DNA of 64,000 nucleotides from Spirochaetia bacterium (GTDB lineage Bacteria > Spirochaetota > Spirochaetia > Treponematales > Treponemataceae): assembly GCA_900769985.1 (NCBI GenBank), contig CAAGIS010000064.1, positions 112,427 to 176,426 on the forward strand, given 5' to 3'. Under the pieces are notes generated by a model. It was not told where the DNA came from, made no database searches, and saw only the letters and a program-made list of their open reading frames with translations. This document shows positions 47,201-57,987 of the stretch, piece by piece. Each line of letters opens with the position of its first letter. Positions within the stretch are counted from its first letter, which is position 1. The position numbers and the translations under genes were made by a program.

Positions 47201-48168
47201 TCTGTCCCCAAATTATTAACGTCATAATCATAAATACGCCAAATGCCGTCGCGCTGCTGGACATAATAGGTGTATTCCTTTTTTTCCCTAAAATTTTGGT
47301 TTTTAAACCATTCAATTACAATAACTTTTCCTTCTGTCTGGGAATAAGTAGTTTTCTTAATTTCAAATTTTTCTGGAATTGCTACGATGTCAGTATCAAT
47401 TCTTTCTGCCATAAGGCTTGACTTGAATTCTTCTACCATTCTTGCACATTCCTGACTTGAAGCATTCTGATACTTTCGTTTTCTAAGCGCATCTTTTTTG
47501 AGCATTGATTCAAGGTCAAAATATAAAAAGAACTGGTCCCACAAAGATTTCTGGCGTGCAACGATTGTCTGCTCAACTACTTTGTCAGGCGAAATGCTCT
47601 GCGGTTTTAAGATTTCAGCGCTCTGAGATTGAACGGGAATCATATTTGAAGATGCTGCGTTTGGAGAAGGGCGGATTTCCAAAGTAAGCCTGTTTGATTT
47701 TAATTCAATGTATTTTGACTTATAAAGTTCCGGGTAAAAAGAAAGCTCCAGATAATAAATCGAAGGCTCTGCAAATACAAGATAATCTTTTACGTTTTCG
47801 ATAAAAGAATATTCTTCGCCTGTTTCAAGTGAAATTTCGCGAAAATATACATATTGATTTGTCGTGCGTTTTCTGATAACTTCCTGAGTCTGTTCAAGAC
47901 TGATGTTCTTTACGTTAAAAGCAGAAAAATCAGCGCTGAAAGTCCTGTCGTCTGCAAGCTTAAAACGGAGGGTTTCATTGCCGTTGTTGCGGATTGTTAT
48001 ATGTACATAAATGGGATTTTCTTTTGTATTTTCAGTATAATACATCGTCCTGTCATAAAATCTTATAGAAATTGCAGCATCTTTGTAAACTGACTTAAAA
48101 TCTTGTGCAGAAAAAGTATGTGCAAAGAAAAATAAAAATGATATAATCAGAATAGTAAATTTTTTCAA
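47197..48168 (-). CDS. Exported hypothetical protein
   Basis: TTG start after GAGGT, signal peptide, and an NTF2-like C-terminus (..DGIWRIYDY). Confidence 0.7.
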   Translation of the reverse strand: MKKFTILIISFLFFFAHTFSAQDFKSVYKDAAISIRFYDRTMYYTENTKENPIYVHITIRNNGNETLRFKLADDRTFSADFSAFNVKNISLEQTQEVIRKRTTNQYVYFREISLETGEEYSFIENVKDYLVFAEPSIYYLELSFYPELYKSKYIELKSNRLTLEIRPSPNAASSNMIPVQSQSAEILKPQSISPDKVVEQTIVARQKSLWDQFFLYFDLESMLKKDALRKRKYQNASSQECARMVEEFKSSLMAERIDTDIVAIPEKFEIKKTTYSQTEGKVIVIEWFKNQNFREKKEYTYYVQQRDGIWRIYDYDVNNLGTE

Positions 48169-48204
48169 AATTTTACCTCACTTATTATATTATCGGAACA
48201 ATCA

Positions 48205-51200
48205 ATGAATACATTATTATCAATTTCATTAATAAACGCAATAAAAAAATGGAATCCGGCAGTCAATATTTTAAATAAACTGACAGACGATAAAAATTCT
48301 TTTCCTTTGGAAATTGAAGGCATACAAGGCTGCTTTGCAGGAATTTTTACGTCTTTATATGTCAATTCCTGCAAAAATAAATTCATTCAGCAGATTCAAT
48401 ATCTGTCAGCAAAAAAAAATATAAAAGACGAAACTGCAGTTTCATGTGATACTGTCATTGTTGTTCCAACCGAAAAAGAAGAAAGCTCTGTCATTCAGGA
48501 TTTACAGACTTTTTTGTCTGATGCAGAAATCATAACTTTACCATGGTGGTCAACTGTTCCGTATAGGGCAAGTCCTAAAGGTTCAATTGTCTTTGGAAAA
48601 CGAGCAGGCGCACTTGCAAAAATCGCAACTGAAAATTCAAGTAAAAATATTTCAAAAAAATCAAGAATTTTTGTAATGACACAGCGCTCTTTTTTAACGC
48701 CTGTTCCGCCACCTGAATATTTAAAGAAAAACATATTTACGTTTGAAAAAGGACAGAGTTTTGACACGATTCAAATTGCGCAAAAACTCGTTTCGCTCGG
48801 ATACGTGCGGGTACCAAAAGTATCTGTACCTGGAGAATTTACCTTGCGCGGAGAAGTTCTTGACATTTACCTTCCGTCAGAAAAAAATGCACACAGAATT
48901 GTTTTTGACTTTGATACAATCGAAAACATAAAGACATTTTCGCCTGAAACCCAGACGACGATAGACAATGCTGACAGAATTACGATTTATCCGTTAAAAG
49001 AAATTCTTTGGACAAAAGATTTGATTAATGAACTTGAGCAGAAATTAAAACCTGTCTTTGAAAAAAATCAAGTTCAGTCAGATTCATACAATGCGTTTGC
49101 AGGAAACGAAAACGAAAATCTGTCAGAAAAATTTGAAAATTTTCTTCTTGAACTTGAAAGTGCAAAAGAAGCAGAAGGTGAAGAGTTGCTGTATCCGGCA
49201 CTTTTTGACAGACAGTATTCCGTGCTTGATTACATAAATCCTGATACAACAGTAATTTATTATGATTATGACAGGCTTATAAATTCAAAAGAATCTTTGC
49301 AGAGGGAATACATCGGACTTTATAAAAAAGCATGTGCATCGGAACTTGTTTTAAGCCCTGAAAAAATTCTGTTCGATTTTGAGACACTTTCTGCGGCACA
49401 TTCAAAAAACATTCTGTACAGAACAATTCATACAGAAAAAACAGAAGAACTTAAAAATGACGGCACAAACTTTTTTAAATTTGAACTTGATCCGCCGAGA
49501 AGTTTTTTTGGCAATATAAATTACTTAAAAGAACAGATTTCGGACTTGCAGAAAGATGGCTGGAAAATTTTTATTTTTACAAATAATGAAAATCAGAATT
49601 TAAGAATAAATGAAATTTTAAAAGACTTTACGAACAGTGAAAGCAAAAATTTCATTCAGCTGATTCCGCAGGAAATTTCTGCAGGCTTTGCAATTCCTGA
49701 AATGAAAATTCTTGTGATTCAGGAAAATGAAATTTTCGGACGCAAAAAATACATTCCAAAATCGCTTAATCACGTAAAAAGTTCTGTAATCGACACTTTT
49801 GTTGATTTAAATCCGGGCGATTTTGTCGTTCACGTAAATTACGGAATTGGAATTTTTAAAGGAATTGAGCGCGTAAGGGCAATGGGCAATGAACGCGACT
49901 ACATAAAACTTGAATATGCCGGTGAAGAATTTGCCTTTGTTCCGATTGAACAGGTCAACCTGATTCAGCGTTATATTGGCAATGAAGGCAATGCGCCGAG
50001 AATTGATACAATCGGAAGTAAATCATGGGAAAACCGCAAAAACAAAGTAAAAAAGGCTGTTGAAGATCTGGCGCAAAAACTAATTGATTTATATTCCCGC
50101 AGAAAAACATCTGTCGGCTTTGCTTTTCCAAAAGACACAGAATGGCAGATTGCGTTTGAAGCGGCTTTTCCGTATGAAGACACGCCTGACCAGATTACAG
50201 TTACAAAAGAAATCAAAGAAGACATGGAAAAACCAGTTCCTATGGACAGACTTGTCTGCGGCGATGTCGGTTACGGAAAAACGGAAATTGCAATGAGGGC
50301 GGCTTTTAAGGCAATTCTCGGAGGAAAGCAAGTTGCCTTTTTAGCGCCGACAACAATTCTTGCAGAACAGCATTACGAATCCTGCGTAGAACGATTCAGA
50401 AATTTTCCCGTAAACATTGCCCAGCTTTCAAGATTTATAAGCAAGGCTGAACAGAAAAAAATCCTTGAACGACTTAAAAACGGTGAAATCGATATATTAA
50501 TTGGAACTCACAGAATCATTCAAAACGACGTCATCTTTAAAAATCTCGGATTACTGATTATCGATGAAGAACAGCGTTTCGGTGTAAAAGATAAAGAAAA
50601 ACTAAAAACCGTAAAAACAAACATAGATTCTCTGTCTCTTTCTGCAACACCGATTCCGCGCTCGCTTCATATGAGTCTTTTAAAAATCCGCGACATGAGC
50701 CTTTTAACTACACCGCCACAAAACCGCCAGCCGATTGAAACTGTAATCGATGAATACAACGATGAAAAGATTGCAAAGGCAATCAGATATGAAGCAGACA
50801 GGGGAGGTCAAGTTTTTTACCTTCACAACAGAGTAGAAACACTTGAAGAAACAAGGCTCAAACTTGAAAAACTTGTTCCAGAAATGCTCATTGATACGGC
50901 CCACGGCCAAATGACAAGCGAACAGTTGGACGACATTTTCAGAAGATTTAAAATGGGCGGTTTCCATGTTTTGGTTGCAACAACTATTATCGAAAACGGA
51001 ATTGACATTCCGAATGTAAATACAATCATCATTGACAGGGCAGACATGTATGGTGTAAGTCAGCTTTATCAGCTTCGCGGACGCGTCGGGCGGAGTGATA
51101 AAAAAGCTTATGCATATCTTTTCTATCCAAAAAACAAAGCCCTCTCCGAAGTCGCAATGAAGCGTCTGCAAGTCATAAGCGATTTTACGGAACTTGGAAG

Positions 51201-51807
51201 TGGTTTTAAAATCGCAATGAAAGACCTTGAAATTCGTGGGGCAGGAAATCTTTTAGGCAGAGATCAGTCAGGTGACGTTTATTCTGTCGGATTTGACATG
51301 TACATCAGGCTTTTAAATGATGCAATTTCGCTTCTTACAAAACAAAAAGATTACGTACCGCAGACAGAAGTTCTTATGGAACTTGAATACACAGGATTCA
51401 TTCCAGATACTTATGTTCAGAATCCACAGACTAAAATGGAAATTTACAAAAAAATTGCCGCCGTACAGGAAAAAGATGAACTTGACAATATTTACATTGA
51501 ACTGCTTGACAGGTTCGGTCCGATTCCTGATGAAGTGATGAGTTTGATTACGCTTGCAGAAATCCGCTGCATCTGCAAAAAACTTAATATTTCGTCAATC
51601 AAAGAAAAAAATGGAATCGTACAGGTTGAATTTATGAAAGTTTCAGAAATCAATATTGACAAAGTTCTGAGATTAATAAAAGAAAGTTCAAATCTTGTTC
51701 AGTTGAATGCAGCAAAACCGAATATTTTGATTTTAAAAACAGGAAAAATCGGCTTAAAAGAAAAAAGTGCATTTATCTGCGAAAAGCTTTCTTTTCTTGA
51801 AAAATAA
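48205..51807 (+). CDS. mfd: Transcription-repair coupling factor
   Basis: UvrB-homology module, CarD-like VVHVNYGIG, GDVGYGKT, DEEQRFG, SATPIPR, QLRGRVGR, DLEIRGAG. Confidence 0.97.
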   Translation: MNTLLSISLINAIKKWNPAVNILNKLTDDKNSFPLEIEGIQGCFAGIFTSLYVNSCKNKFIQQIQYLSAKKNIKDETAVSCDTVIVVPTEKEESSVIQDLQTFLSDAEIITLPWWSTVPYRASPKGSIVFGKRAGALAKIATENSSKNISKKSRIFVMTQRSFLTPVPPPEYLKKNIFTFEKGQSFDTIQIAQKLVSLGYVRVPKVSVPGEFTLRGEVLDIYLPSEKNAHRIVFDFDTIENIKTFSPETQTTIDNADRITIYPLKEILWTKDLINELEQKLKPVFEKNQVQSDSYNAFAGNENENLSEKFENFLLELESAKEAEGEELLYPALFDRQYSVLDYINPDTTVIYYDYDRLINSKESLQREYIGLYKKACASELVLSPEKILFDFETLSAAHSKNILYRTIHTEKTEELKNDGTNFFKFELDPPRSFFGNINYLKEQISDLQKDGWKIFIFTNNENQNLRINEILKDFTNSESKNFIQLIPQEISAGFAIPEMKILVIQENEIFGRKKYIPKSLNHVKSSVIDTFVDLNPGDFVVHVNYGIGIFKGIERVRAMGNERDYIKLEYAGEEFAFVPIEQVNLIQRYIGNEGNAPRIDTIGSKSWENRKNKVKKAVEDLAQKLIDLYSRRKTSVGFAFPKDTEWQIAFEAAFPYEDTPDQITVTKEIKEDMEKPVPMDRLVCGDVGYGKTEIAMRAAFKAILGGKQVAFLAPTTILAEQHYESCVERFRNFPVNIAQLSRFISKAEQKKILERLKNGEIDILIGTHRIIQNDVIFKNLGLLIIDEEQRFGVKDKEKLKTVKTNIDSLSLSATPIPRSLHMSLLKIRDMSLLTTPPQNRQPIETVIDEYNDEKIAKAIRYEADRGGQVFYLHNRVETLEETRLKLEKLVPEMLIDTAHGQMTSEQLDDIFRRFKMGGFHVLVATTIIENGIDIPNVNTIIIDRADMYGVSQLYQLRGRVGRSDKKAYAYLFYPKNKALSEVAMKRLQVISDFTELGSGFKIAMKDLEIRGAGNLLGRDQSGDVYSVGFDMYIRLLNDAISLLTKQKDYVPQTEVLMELEYTGFIPDTYVQNPQTKMEIYKKIAAVQEKDELDNIYIELLDRFGPIPDEVMSLITLAEIRCICKKLNISSIKEKNGIVQVEFMKVSEINIDKVLRLIKESSNLVQLNAAKPNILILKTGKIGLKEKSAFICEKLSFLEK

Positions 51808-51878
51808 TTTGCAAGATTTTTTTGCATTAACAATGAAAATGCTTGATTAATTTTTCAGTTTGATATAAAACTATTTTT

Positions 51879-52952
51879 ATGAATGATAGTTTTATATCAA
51901 ACTATATGAAAGCCGCAATAGAAGAAGCAAAAAAAGGGCAGGGCTTTGCAAATCCTAATCCCTTAGTAGGTGCCGTTCTTGTAAAAAACGGAAAAATAAT
52001 CGGTACAGGCTTTCACGAAAAATTCGGAACTCTACATGCCGAGAGGAATGCAATAAAAAACGCAGTATCCCTTTCGGGCGATAAAAAAATATGTAACGGA
52101 GCGTCTTTATTCGTAACACTTGAACCTTGCTGCCATTCAGGAAAACAACCTCCATGTACAGATGCCATTATCGAAAACAAAATTAAAGAAGTATACATCG
52201 GTTCAAAAGACCCGAATCCGCTTGTAAACGGCAAGGGCGTTTCAATTTTAAGAGAGCACGGAATAAAAGTTTTTGAAGGAATTTTGCAAGCTGAATGTGA
52301 TGAACTAAATCCTTTTTTCTTTCATTTTATAAAAACAAAAACTCCATATATCATTTTAAAATACGCAATGAGCATGAACGGAACTTCGATTATAAAAAAT
52401 AAAAACAAAAGAATTTCCTCAGATGACTCAATAAAAGAAGTTCATAAAACACGAACTGCTGTCATGGGAATTATGGCAAGCGCACAAACAGTAAACACTG
52501 ACGATAGCTTATTAACAGCACGTCACAAAGAAAACTGTCATCAACCGGCGCGCATAATTCTTGATAAAAACTTAAAACTAAAGCTGAACAGAAAAATTTT
52601 AAAAACTGCTGACATCTCGCCGCTCATAATTTTTTACAACAAAGAAAAACATTTTAAAATAAAAAAACTGCGCGCACTGAACATTCAGTTGATAAAAGTT
52701 CCGTTAAAAAAAAGACATCTTGATTTAAAAGCAGTTTTTTCAATTTTAGGTCAAATGAACTTTGACAGCATACTTTTAGAAAGTTCAGGTAAACTTGCAG
52801 AAGCTGTCATACAGGAAAACATTGTAAATAAAATTCAGGTTTATATAGGTTCAAATTTCATCACAGATTCATTTCGAAAAGAAATGAACGTAAAACCAGA
52901 TGCAAGGCTTTTTGGCAATGATGCTTTTTTAGAATACAATTTAGGAAAATGA
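51879..52952 (+). CDS. ribD: Riboflavin biosynthesis deaminase/reductase (reductase half divergent)
   Basis: NPNPLVGAV, HAE, TLEPCCH..PPC, DPNP. Confidence 0.9.
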   Translation: MNDSFISNYMKAAIEEAKKGQGFANPNPLVGAVLVKNGKIIGTGFHEKFGTLHAERNAIKNAVSLSGDKKICNGASLFVTLEPCCHSGKQPPCTDAIIENKIKEVYIGSKDPNPLVNGKGVSILREHGIKVFEGILQAECDELNPFFFHFIKTKTPYIILKYAMSMNGTSIIKNKNKRISSDDSIKEVHKTRTAVMGIMASAQTVNTDDSLLTARHKENCHQPARIILDKNLKLKLNRKILKTADISPLIIFYNKEKHFKIKKLRALNIQLIKVPLKKRHLDLKAVFSILGQMNFDSILLESSGKLAEAVIQENIVNKIQVYIGSNFITDSFRKEMNVKPDARLFGNDAFLEYNLGK

Positions 52953-52956
52953 AAAT

Positions 52957-53559
52957 ATGTTTACAGGAATTATCGAAGAAACAGGGACAATATCAGATAT
53001 AAGAAAAACAGGCCAGTCAATAAGAATTGGAATCAGGACAAACATTACTTTTTCTGATTTAAAACCTGGCGACAGCCTTTGCGTAAACGGAGTATGCCTT
53101 ACAGTAACAGAAATGCTGAACAATAAAACTGTCTTTGCAGACGTTACACCAGAAACTTATTCAAGAACAAATTTTTCAGAATTAATGATTGGAAATTCCG
53201 TAAATCTTGAGAGGGCGATGAGCGCAAACGGAAGATTTGGAGGACACATTGTAACAGGTCATATAGATGGAACGGCAGTTACCAAAAAAATTGAAAAACG
53301 AGGAAATTCAATCGAATACTATTTTTCATGCAACGAAAACCTGATGTCAAGTTTTGTTGAAAAAGGCTCTGTGGCAATAAACGGGATTTCACTTACTATT
53401 GCAAGAATTACAAACGATTCTTTTGTCGTTTCTGTTATACCGCATACAATGAAAAATACAAACCTTCAATTTTTAAAAGAAAAAAAATCTGTAAATATTG
53501 AATGTGACATTCTCGGAAAATACATCCAGAAATATCTGGAAAATAATAAAAGAAAATAA
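52957..53559 (+). CDS. ribE: Riboflavin synthase (alpha chain)
   Basis: MFTGIIE, NGVCLTV, VNLERA, GGHIVTGH, KGSVAINGISLT, IPHT. Confidence 0.95.
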   Translation: MFTGIIEETGTISDIRKTGQSIRIGIRTNITFSDLKPGDSLCVNGVCLTVTEMLNNKTVFADVTPETYSRTNFSELMIGNSVNLERAMSANGRFGGHIVTGHIDGTAVTKKIEKRGNSIEYYFSCNENLMSSFVEKGSVAINGISLTIARITNDSFVVSVIPHTMKNTNLQFLKEKKSVNIECDILGKYIQKYLENNKRK

Positions 53560-53598
53560 AATATAAAACTGAATTAAGCAAAATCAAGGAGGCATATT

Positions 53599-54807
53599 TT
53601 GAAAAATTTTGACAAAGTTGAAGATGCTGTTGAGGATTTAAAAAACGGAAAAATAATAATGGTTCTTGACAATGAAGATCGCGAAAACGAAGGCGATTTT
53701 ATATGTTCTGCAGAACACGCAACACCTGAAAATATAAATTTTATGGCAACCTACGGAAAAGGATTGATTTGCATGCCTTTGTCAAAAAGCATTGCAGAAA
53801 AATTCAATCTTATGCCGATGATTGCTGACAATACTGACAACCATGAAACAGCCTTTACAGTAAGCATCGACCACGTTCAGACTTCAACTGGAATTTCTGC
53901 TTTTGACAGAAGCCTTACCGCAATAAAATTGACAGACCAGGCTTCTGTTCCGGAAGATTTCAGGCATCCAGGGCACATGTTTCCGCTAGTTGCAAAAGAA
54001 GACGGTGTTCTTGTCCGTGAAGGGCATACAGAAGCAACAGTAGATTTATGCAAGCTTGCAGGTCTTTCTCCATGCGGCATTTGCTGCGAAATCATGTCTG
54101 CTGACGGTCATATGGCAAAATACGAAGAACTTATGAATTTTTCAGAAACACATAATTTGAAAATTATAAAAATAGCAGATATTGTAAAATACAGAAAGCA
54201 GAACGAAAAAATCGTAACAAAAGAAGCACAGGCAGTTCTTCCGACAAAATTCGGCAGATTCAATATTGCAGGTTTTAAAAACAAAATTACAAATGCAGAG
54301 CATGTTGCTTTATGGATAGGCGAATTTAAAAAAGACGAACCTGTTTTATGCCGGATTCATTCTGAATGTATGACAGGAGATACTTTTGGTTCTTTAAAAT
54401 GCGACTGCGGGCAGCAACTTGATTTTGCTTTGAAAGAAATTGCAAAAACAGGGCAGGGGATTTTGATTTACCTCAGGCAGGAGGGCAGGGGAATCGGGCT
54501 TATAAATAAAATAAAGGCATACGCACTGCAAGAAGAAGGTCTTGATACAGTTGAAGCAAACCTAAAGCTCGGCTTTCCTCCTGACATGCGCGATTACACA
54601 GACGGAATTCAAATCTTGCAGCATTTTGGAATAAATAAATTAAGGCTCATGACAAACAATCCTGACAAAATTGATTCACTTCAAATTGAAAAAAGCGGTA
54701 TTGAAATAACGGAAAGAGTTCCGATTGAAATTCAGTCAAATCCCGTTAATTTAAAATACCTCCAGACAAAGAAAAACCTTATGGGACATTTACTTTCAAA
54801 TGTCTGA
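53599..54807 (+). CDS. ribBA: DHBP synthase / GTP cyclohydrolase II
   Basis: [38 protein letters not shown]. Confidence 0.97.
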   Translation: MKNFDKVEDAVEDLKNGKIIMVLDNEDRENEGDFICSAEHATPENINFMATYGKGLICMPLSKSIAEKFNLMPMIADNTDNHETAFTVSIDHVQTSTGISAFDRSLTAIKLTDQASVPEDFRHPGHMFPLVAKEDGVLVREGHTEATVDLCKLAGLSPCGICCEIMSADGHMAKYEELMNFSETHNLKIIKIADIVKYRKQNEKIVTKEAQAVLPTKFGRFNIAGFKNKITNAEHVALWIGEFKKDEPVLCRIHSECMTGDTFGSLKCDCGQQLDFALKEIAKTGQGILIYLRQEGRGIGLINKIKAYALQEEGLDTVEANLKLGFPPDMRDYTDGIQILQHFGINKLRLMTNNPDKIDSLQIEKSGIEITERVPIEIQSNPVNLKYLQTKKNLMGHLLSNV

Positions 54808-54839
54808 TTTTATAAAAACTATTTTATGGGAGAAACTCT

Positions 54840-55310
54840 ATGAAAGAAATTGAAGGAAGAATAATTCCAGATTCACAAAACGTAAAAATCGGTATCGTTG
54901 CTTCGCGTTTTAACGATTTTATTGTCGGACGTCTTATAGACGGCGCTCTTGATGGATTAAAGCGCCATGACATAAAAGACGAAAATATCACGCTTGTTAA
55001 AGTTCCAGGAGCATTTGAAATTCCTGTGGCTGCAAAAAAAATGGCAATGAGCAGAAAATACGATGCAGTTATCTGCCTTGGTTCTGTAATCAGAGGTTCA
55101 ACATCTCATTATGATTATGTCTGCAATGAAGTTTCAAAGGGAATTGCACAGGTAAGCCTTGATTCAGGAATTCCTGTCATGTTCGGAGTGCTTACGACAG
55201 AAAACATTGAACAGGCAATTGAACGTTCAGGTTCTAAAGCAGGCAACAAGGGAACTGAATGTGCTTTGGGTGCAATCGAAATGATAAATGTATTGAAAAA
55301 TCTCGATTAA
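54840..55310 (+). CDS. ribH: Lumazine synthase
   Basis: [32 protein letters not shown]. Confidence 0.97.
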   Translation: MKEIEGRIIPDSQNVKIGIVASRFNDFIVGRLIDGALDGLKRHDIKDENITLVKVPGAFEIPVAAKKMAMSRKYDAVICLGSVIRGSTSHYDYVCNEVSKGIAQVSLDSGIPVMFGVLTTENIEQAIERSGSKAGNKGTECALGAIEMINVLKNLD

Positions 55311-55322
55311 AGGGTTTATTTT

Positions 55323-56393
55323 ATGGAATTCATTAAAAAAAATGCAAAAGGAATTTTATTCTCACTTGTCATTGCTATTCCTTCTTTTTTCCTTGGCAAA
55401 CTTTTTCCGATTGTGGGAGGTCCTGTATTTGCAATAATTATAGGAATGATTGTAACTCTTTTTGTTAAAGACAAAACTGCTTTTGAAGTCGGTATCAAAT
55501 TCACATCAAAAAAAGTTCTGCAATGGGCTGTTATTCTGCTTGGATTTGGGCTTGATTTGGCTGTAGTTGCAAAAACAGGCATACAGTCACTTCCTATTAT
55601 CTGTTCAACAATCTGTACATCCCTTGCAGTAGCCTTTATACTGTGCAAAATTATGAAAATTCCGTCAAAAATTTCAACATTAATTGGAGTAGGGTCTTCT
55701 ATTTGCGGAGGTTCGGCAATTGCTGCAACAGCACCTGTTATTTCTGCAGATGATGAAGAAGTCGCACAGTCAATTTCCGTTATATTTTTCTTCAATGTTC
55801 TTGCAGCAATCATTTTTCCATATCTCGGACAAATGCTCGGATTTTCAACTACAAACGGCGAAGGATTTGGAATCTTTGCAGGAACCGCAGTAAATGATAC
55901 TTCTTCCGTAACGGCAGCAGCTTCAACATGGGATGCAATGTGGAATCTCGGCTCTGAAACTCTGGACAAAGCCGTTACAGTAAAATTGACGCGGACAATA
56001 GCAATAATTCCGATTACTCTTATACTGGCTTTATATCAGGCAATAAAAGCAAAGAAAAACAGCAGCAACACATCTTCTGAAGTGACAGTAAATTTCAGTT
56101 TAAAAAAGATTTTTCCGTGGTTCATTCTTTGGTTTATCGCAGCTTCATTAATTACAACTTTATGCCATGTTTTTATTCCGGCAGAAAATCTTTCAGCCAT
56201 TAATTTAATATTCAAGTTCTTAAAAGAATTGAGTAAATTTTTTATAATTCTTGCAATGTCAGCAATTGGTCTGAATACAAATATTATAAAGCTCATTAAA
56301 ACTGGCGGAAAACCATTAATCATGGGGGCTTGTTGTTGGATTGCAATAACAACCGTAAGTCTTGTAATGCAGCGTTCCTTAAATTTATGGTAA
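55323..56393 (+). CDS. YeiH/UPF0324-family membrane protein
   Basis: [45 protein letters not shown]. Confidence 0.9.
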   Translation: MEFIKKNAKGILFSLVIAIPSFFLGKLFPIVGGPVFAIIIGMIVTLFVKDKTAFEVGIKFTSKKVLQWAVILLGFGLDLAVVAKTGIQSLPIICSTICTSLAVAFILCKIMKIPSKISTLIGVGSSICGGSAIAATAPVISADDEEVAQSISVIFFFNVLAAIIFPYLGQMLGFSTTNGEGFGIFAGTAVNDTSSVTAAASTWDAMWNLGSETLDKAVTVKLTRTIAIIPITLILALYQAIKAKKNSSNTSSEVTVNFSLKKIFPWFILWFIAASLITTLCHVFIPAENLSAINLIFKFLKELSKFFIILAMSAIGLNTNIIKLIKTGGKPLIMGACCWIAITTVSLVMQRSLNLW

Positions 56394-56433
56394 AAAAAGA
56401 ATACATCAAATCAAGGCATGCTGCCACTTAAAA

Positions 56434-56469
56434 CCATAAAATGACCTTATTTCTAAGGTCATTTTATGG
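56434..56469. terminator. Perfect 16-bp hairpin, probable terminator of the rib-yeiH unit
   Basis: CCATAAAATGACCTTA-TTTC-TAAGGTCATTTTATGG. Confidence 0.7.
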
Positions 56470-56649
56470 CAGTTTACTGTTTATATTTTATAATATATAA
56501 CTTCCTATAATGTATATTCTGTCTACCAATATACAGATTACACTTTTTATTTCAAAATCAGTTTTTTGTCTGCCCCATTCCTATACAGTATATTGCACCA
56601 TAAAAAACTGCACGGACAAAAAACTGATAAACTCCCGATGCATAAAATT

Positions 56650-57969
56650 TTAATCCATAAAATTGAATCTTCTGTAGCGAACCGCCATTACAAAACCGAT
56701 GCTTATCATCGAAGACCAGAGAGATGAACCTCCATAAGACATAAACAAAAGCGGAATTCCTGTAATCGGCATAAGTCCCATAACCATTCCGATATTTTCT
56801 ACAAAATGGAAAAAGAACATTCCCAAAATTCCTGTCGTAATGTACGCGCCATATTTTATAGGAGTTGTCCTTATAATATAAATCATTCTTAAGAACATAA
56901 TCAGATAAAGCGAAAACACTATAAAACCGCCGATAAACCCCCATTCTTCACACAAAATACTGAAAATAAAGTCAGTTCCCTGTTCAGGAAGATAACTTAA
57001 ATGACTTTGCGTTCCCTTTAAATATCCTCGTCCCCAAAATCCTCCGGCACCAATTGCGATTTTAGATTGAATTATATTCCAGCCGGAACGTTCTGGATCA
57101 ACATTTGGGTTCAAAAAGATGATAAGTCTGCTTAACTGATAATCCTTTAATTTTTTTCCGACAACAACAGAAGCTAGCAGAGAAATAAAAATAATTCCTG
57201 AAATAAATGAAATCCAATAATAATATTTATTATGCTTAAAGAAGAAGAGCCCGATTATCCCAATCAGCATAATTGCAGCAATCGCAATTGTAAAAATCAT
57301 TCGTAGCTTGCTGTCTGTAAGAAATTTTATTACAGGAACAGTATGCCTGACAATCTGTGTTTCCCAAACAGGAAGCATCGTAAATAAAACAGTAAAAAAT
57401 CCGAGTCCCAAAATTATGGCAATATATCTCAATTCAATTCCAGCTACAAAGCACATAAAAATAAAAACAGGAATAAAAACAAGTGACGTACCCAAATCAG
57501 GCTGCAGCATAATTAATCCGATAGGAACAACCAGAATGCAGCAGGCAACGATAAACCGTTTTCTTGGATTTTCATTTTCGCTGTTATTGAAATACCATGC
57601 AAGAAACAAAATAAAAATGATTTTACAGAATTCAGAAGGCTGAATTCCAAAATTTCCTATTCCAATCCAGCTTGTTGAACCTTTTACATATTTTCCGTAT
57701 TTTGCCGTATACAAAAGAACAAGGCATGCCACAATAGCAAGCCAGAAAATAAAACGTTCAGTCTTTCTGTAATCATAGCAGGAAAAAAAGAGCATCATTA
57801 TAAGACCTGTAATGCCCCAAAAAATCTGTTTTACATAATTCTGATTTGTCAAAACACCATTACGGTCAATAGCAGCTGAATATATAAACACAATGCCGAT
57901 TACAGTTAAACACAAAACGCAAAACAAAAGAATATAATCAATTGCAGAAAAAATTTTCAACTTTTTCAT
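56650..57969 (-). CDS. rodA: Rod shape-determining protein RodA
   Basis: IQPSEF, QPDLGT, QSKIAIG.GG, LPEQGTDFIFS..EEWG, PITGIPL..SYGGSS. Confidence 0.95.
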   Translation of the reverse strand: MKKLKIFSAIDYILLFCVLCLTVIGIVFIYSAAIDRNGVLTNQNYVKQIFWGITGLIMMLFFSCYDYRKTERFIFWLAIVACLVLLYTAKYGKYVKGSTSWIGIGNFGIQPSEFCKIIFILFLAWYFNNSENENPRKRFIVACCILVVPIGLIMLQPDLGTSLVFIPVFIFMCFVAGIELRYIAIILGLGFFTVLFTMLPVWETQIVRHTVPVIKFLTDSKLRMIFTIAIAAIMLIGIIGLFFFKHNKYYYWISFISGIIFISLLASVVVGKKLKDYQLSRLIIFLNPNVDPERSGWNIIQSKIAIGAGGFWGRGYLKGTQSHLSYLPEQGTDFIFSILCEEWGFIGGFIVFSLYLIMFLRMIYIIRTTPIKYGAYITTGILGMFFFHFVENIGMVMGLMPITGIPLLFMSYGGSSLWSSMISIGFVMAVRYRRFNFMD

Positions 57970-57987
57970 TTTCTACCCCACCCCGCC

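Noticed and set aside
55316..55969. 217-aa minus-strand ORF
   Set aside because: Codon-register antisense shadow of yeiH.
56558..56944. 128-aa minus-strand ORF
   Set aside because: Alternative frame overlapping rodA with no recognisable motif.
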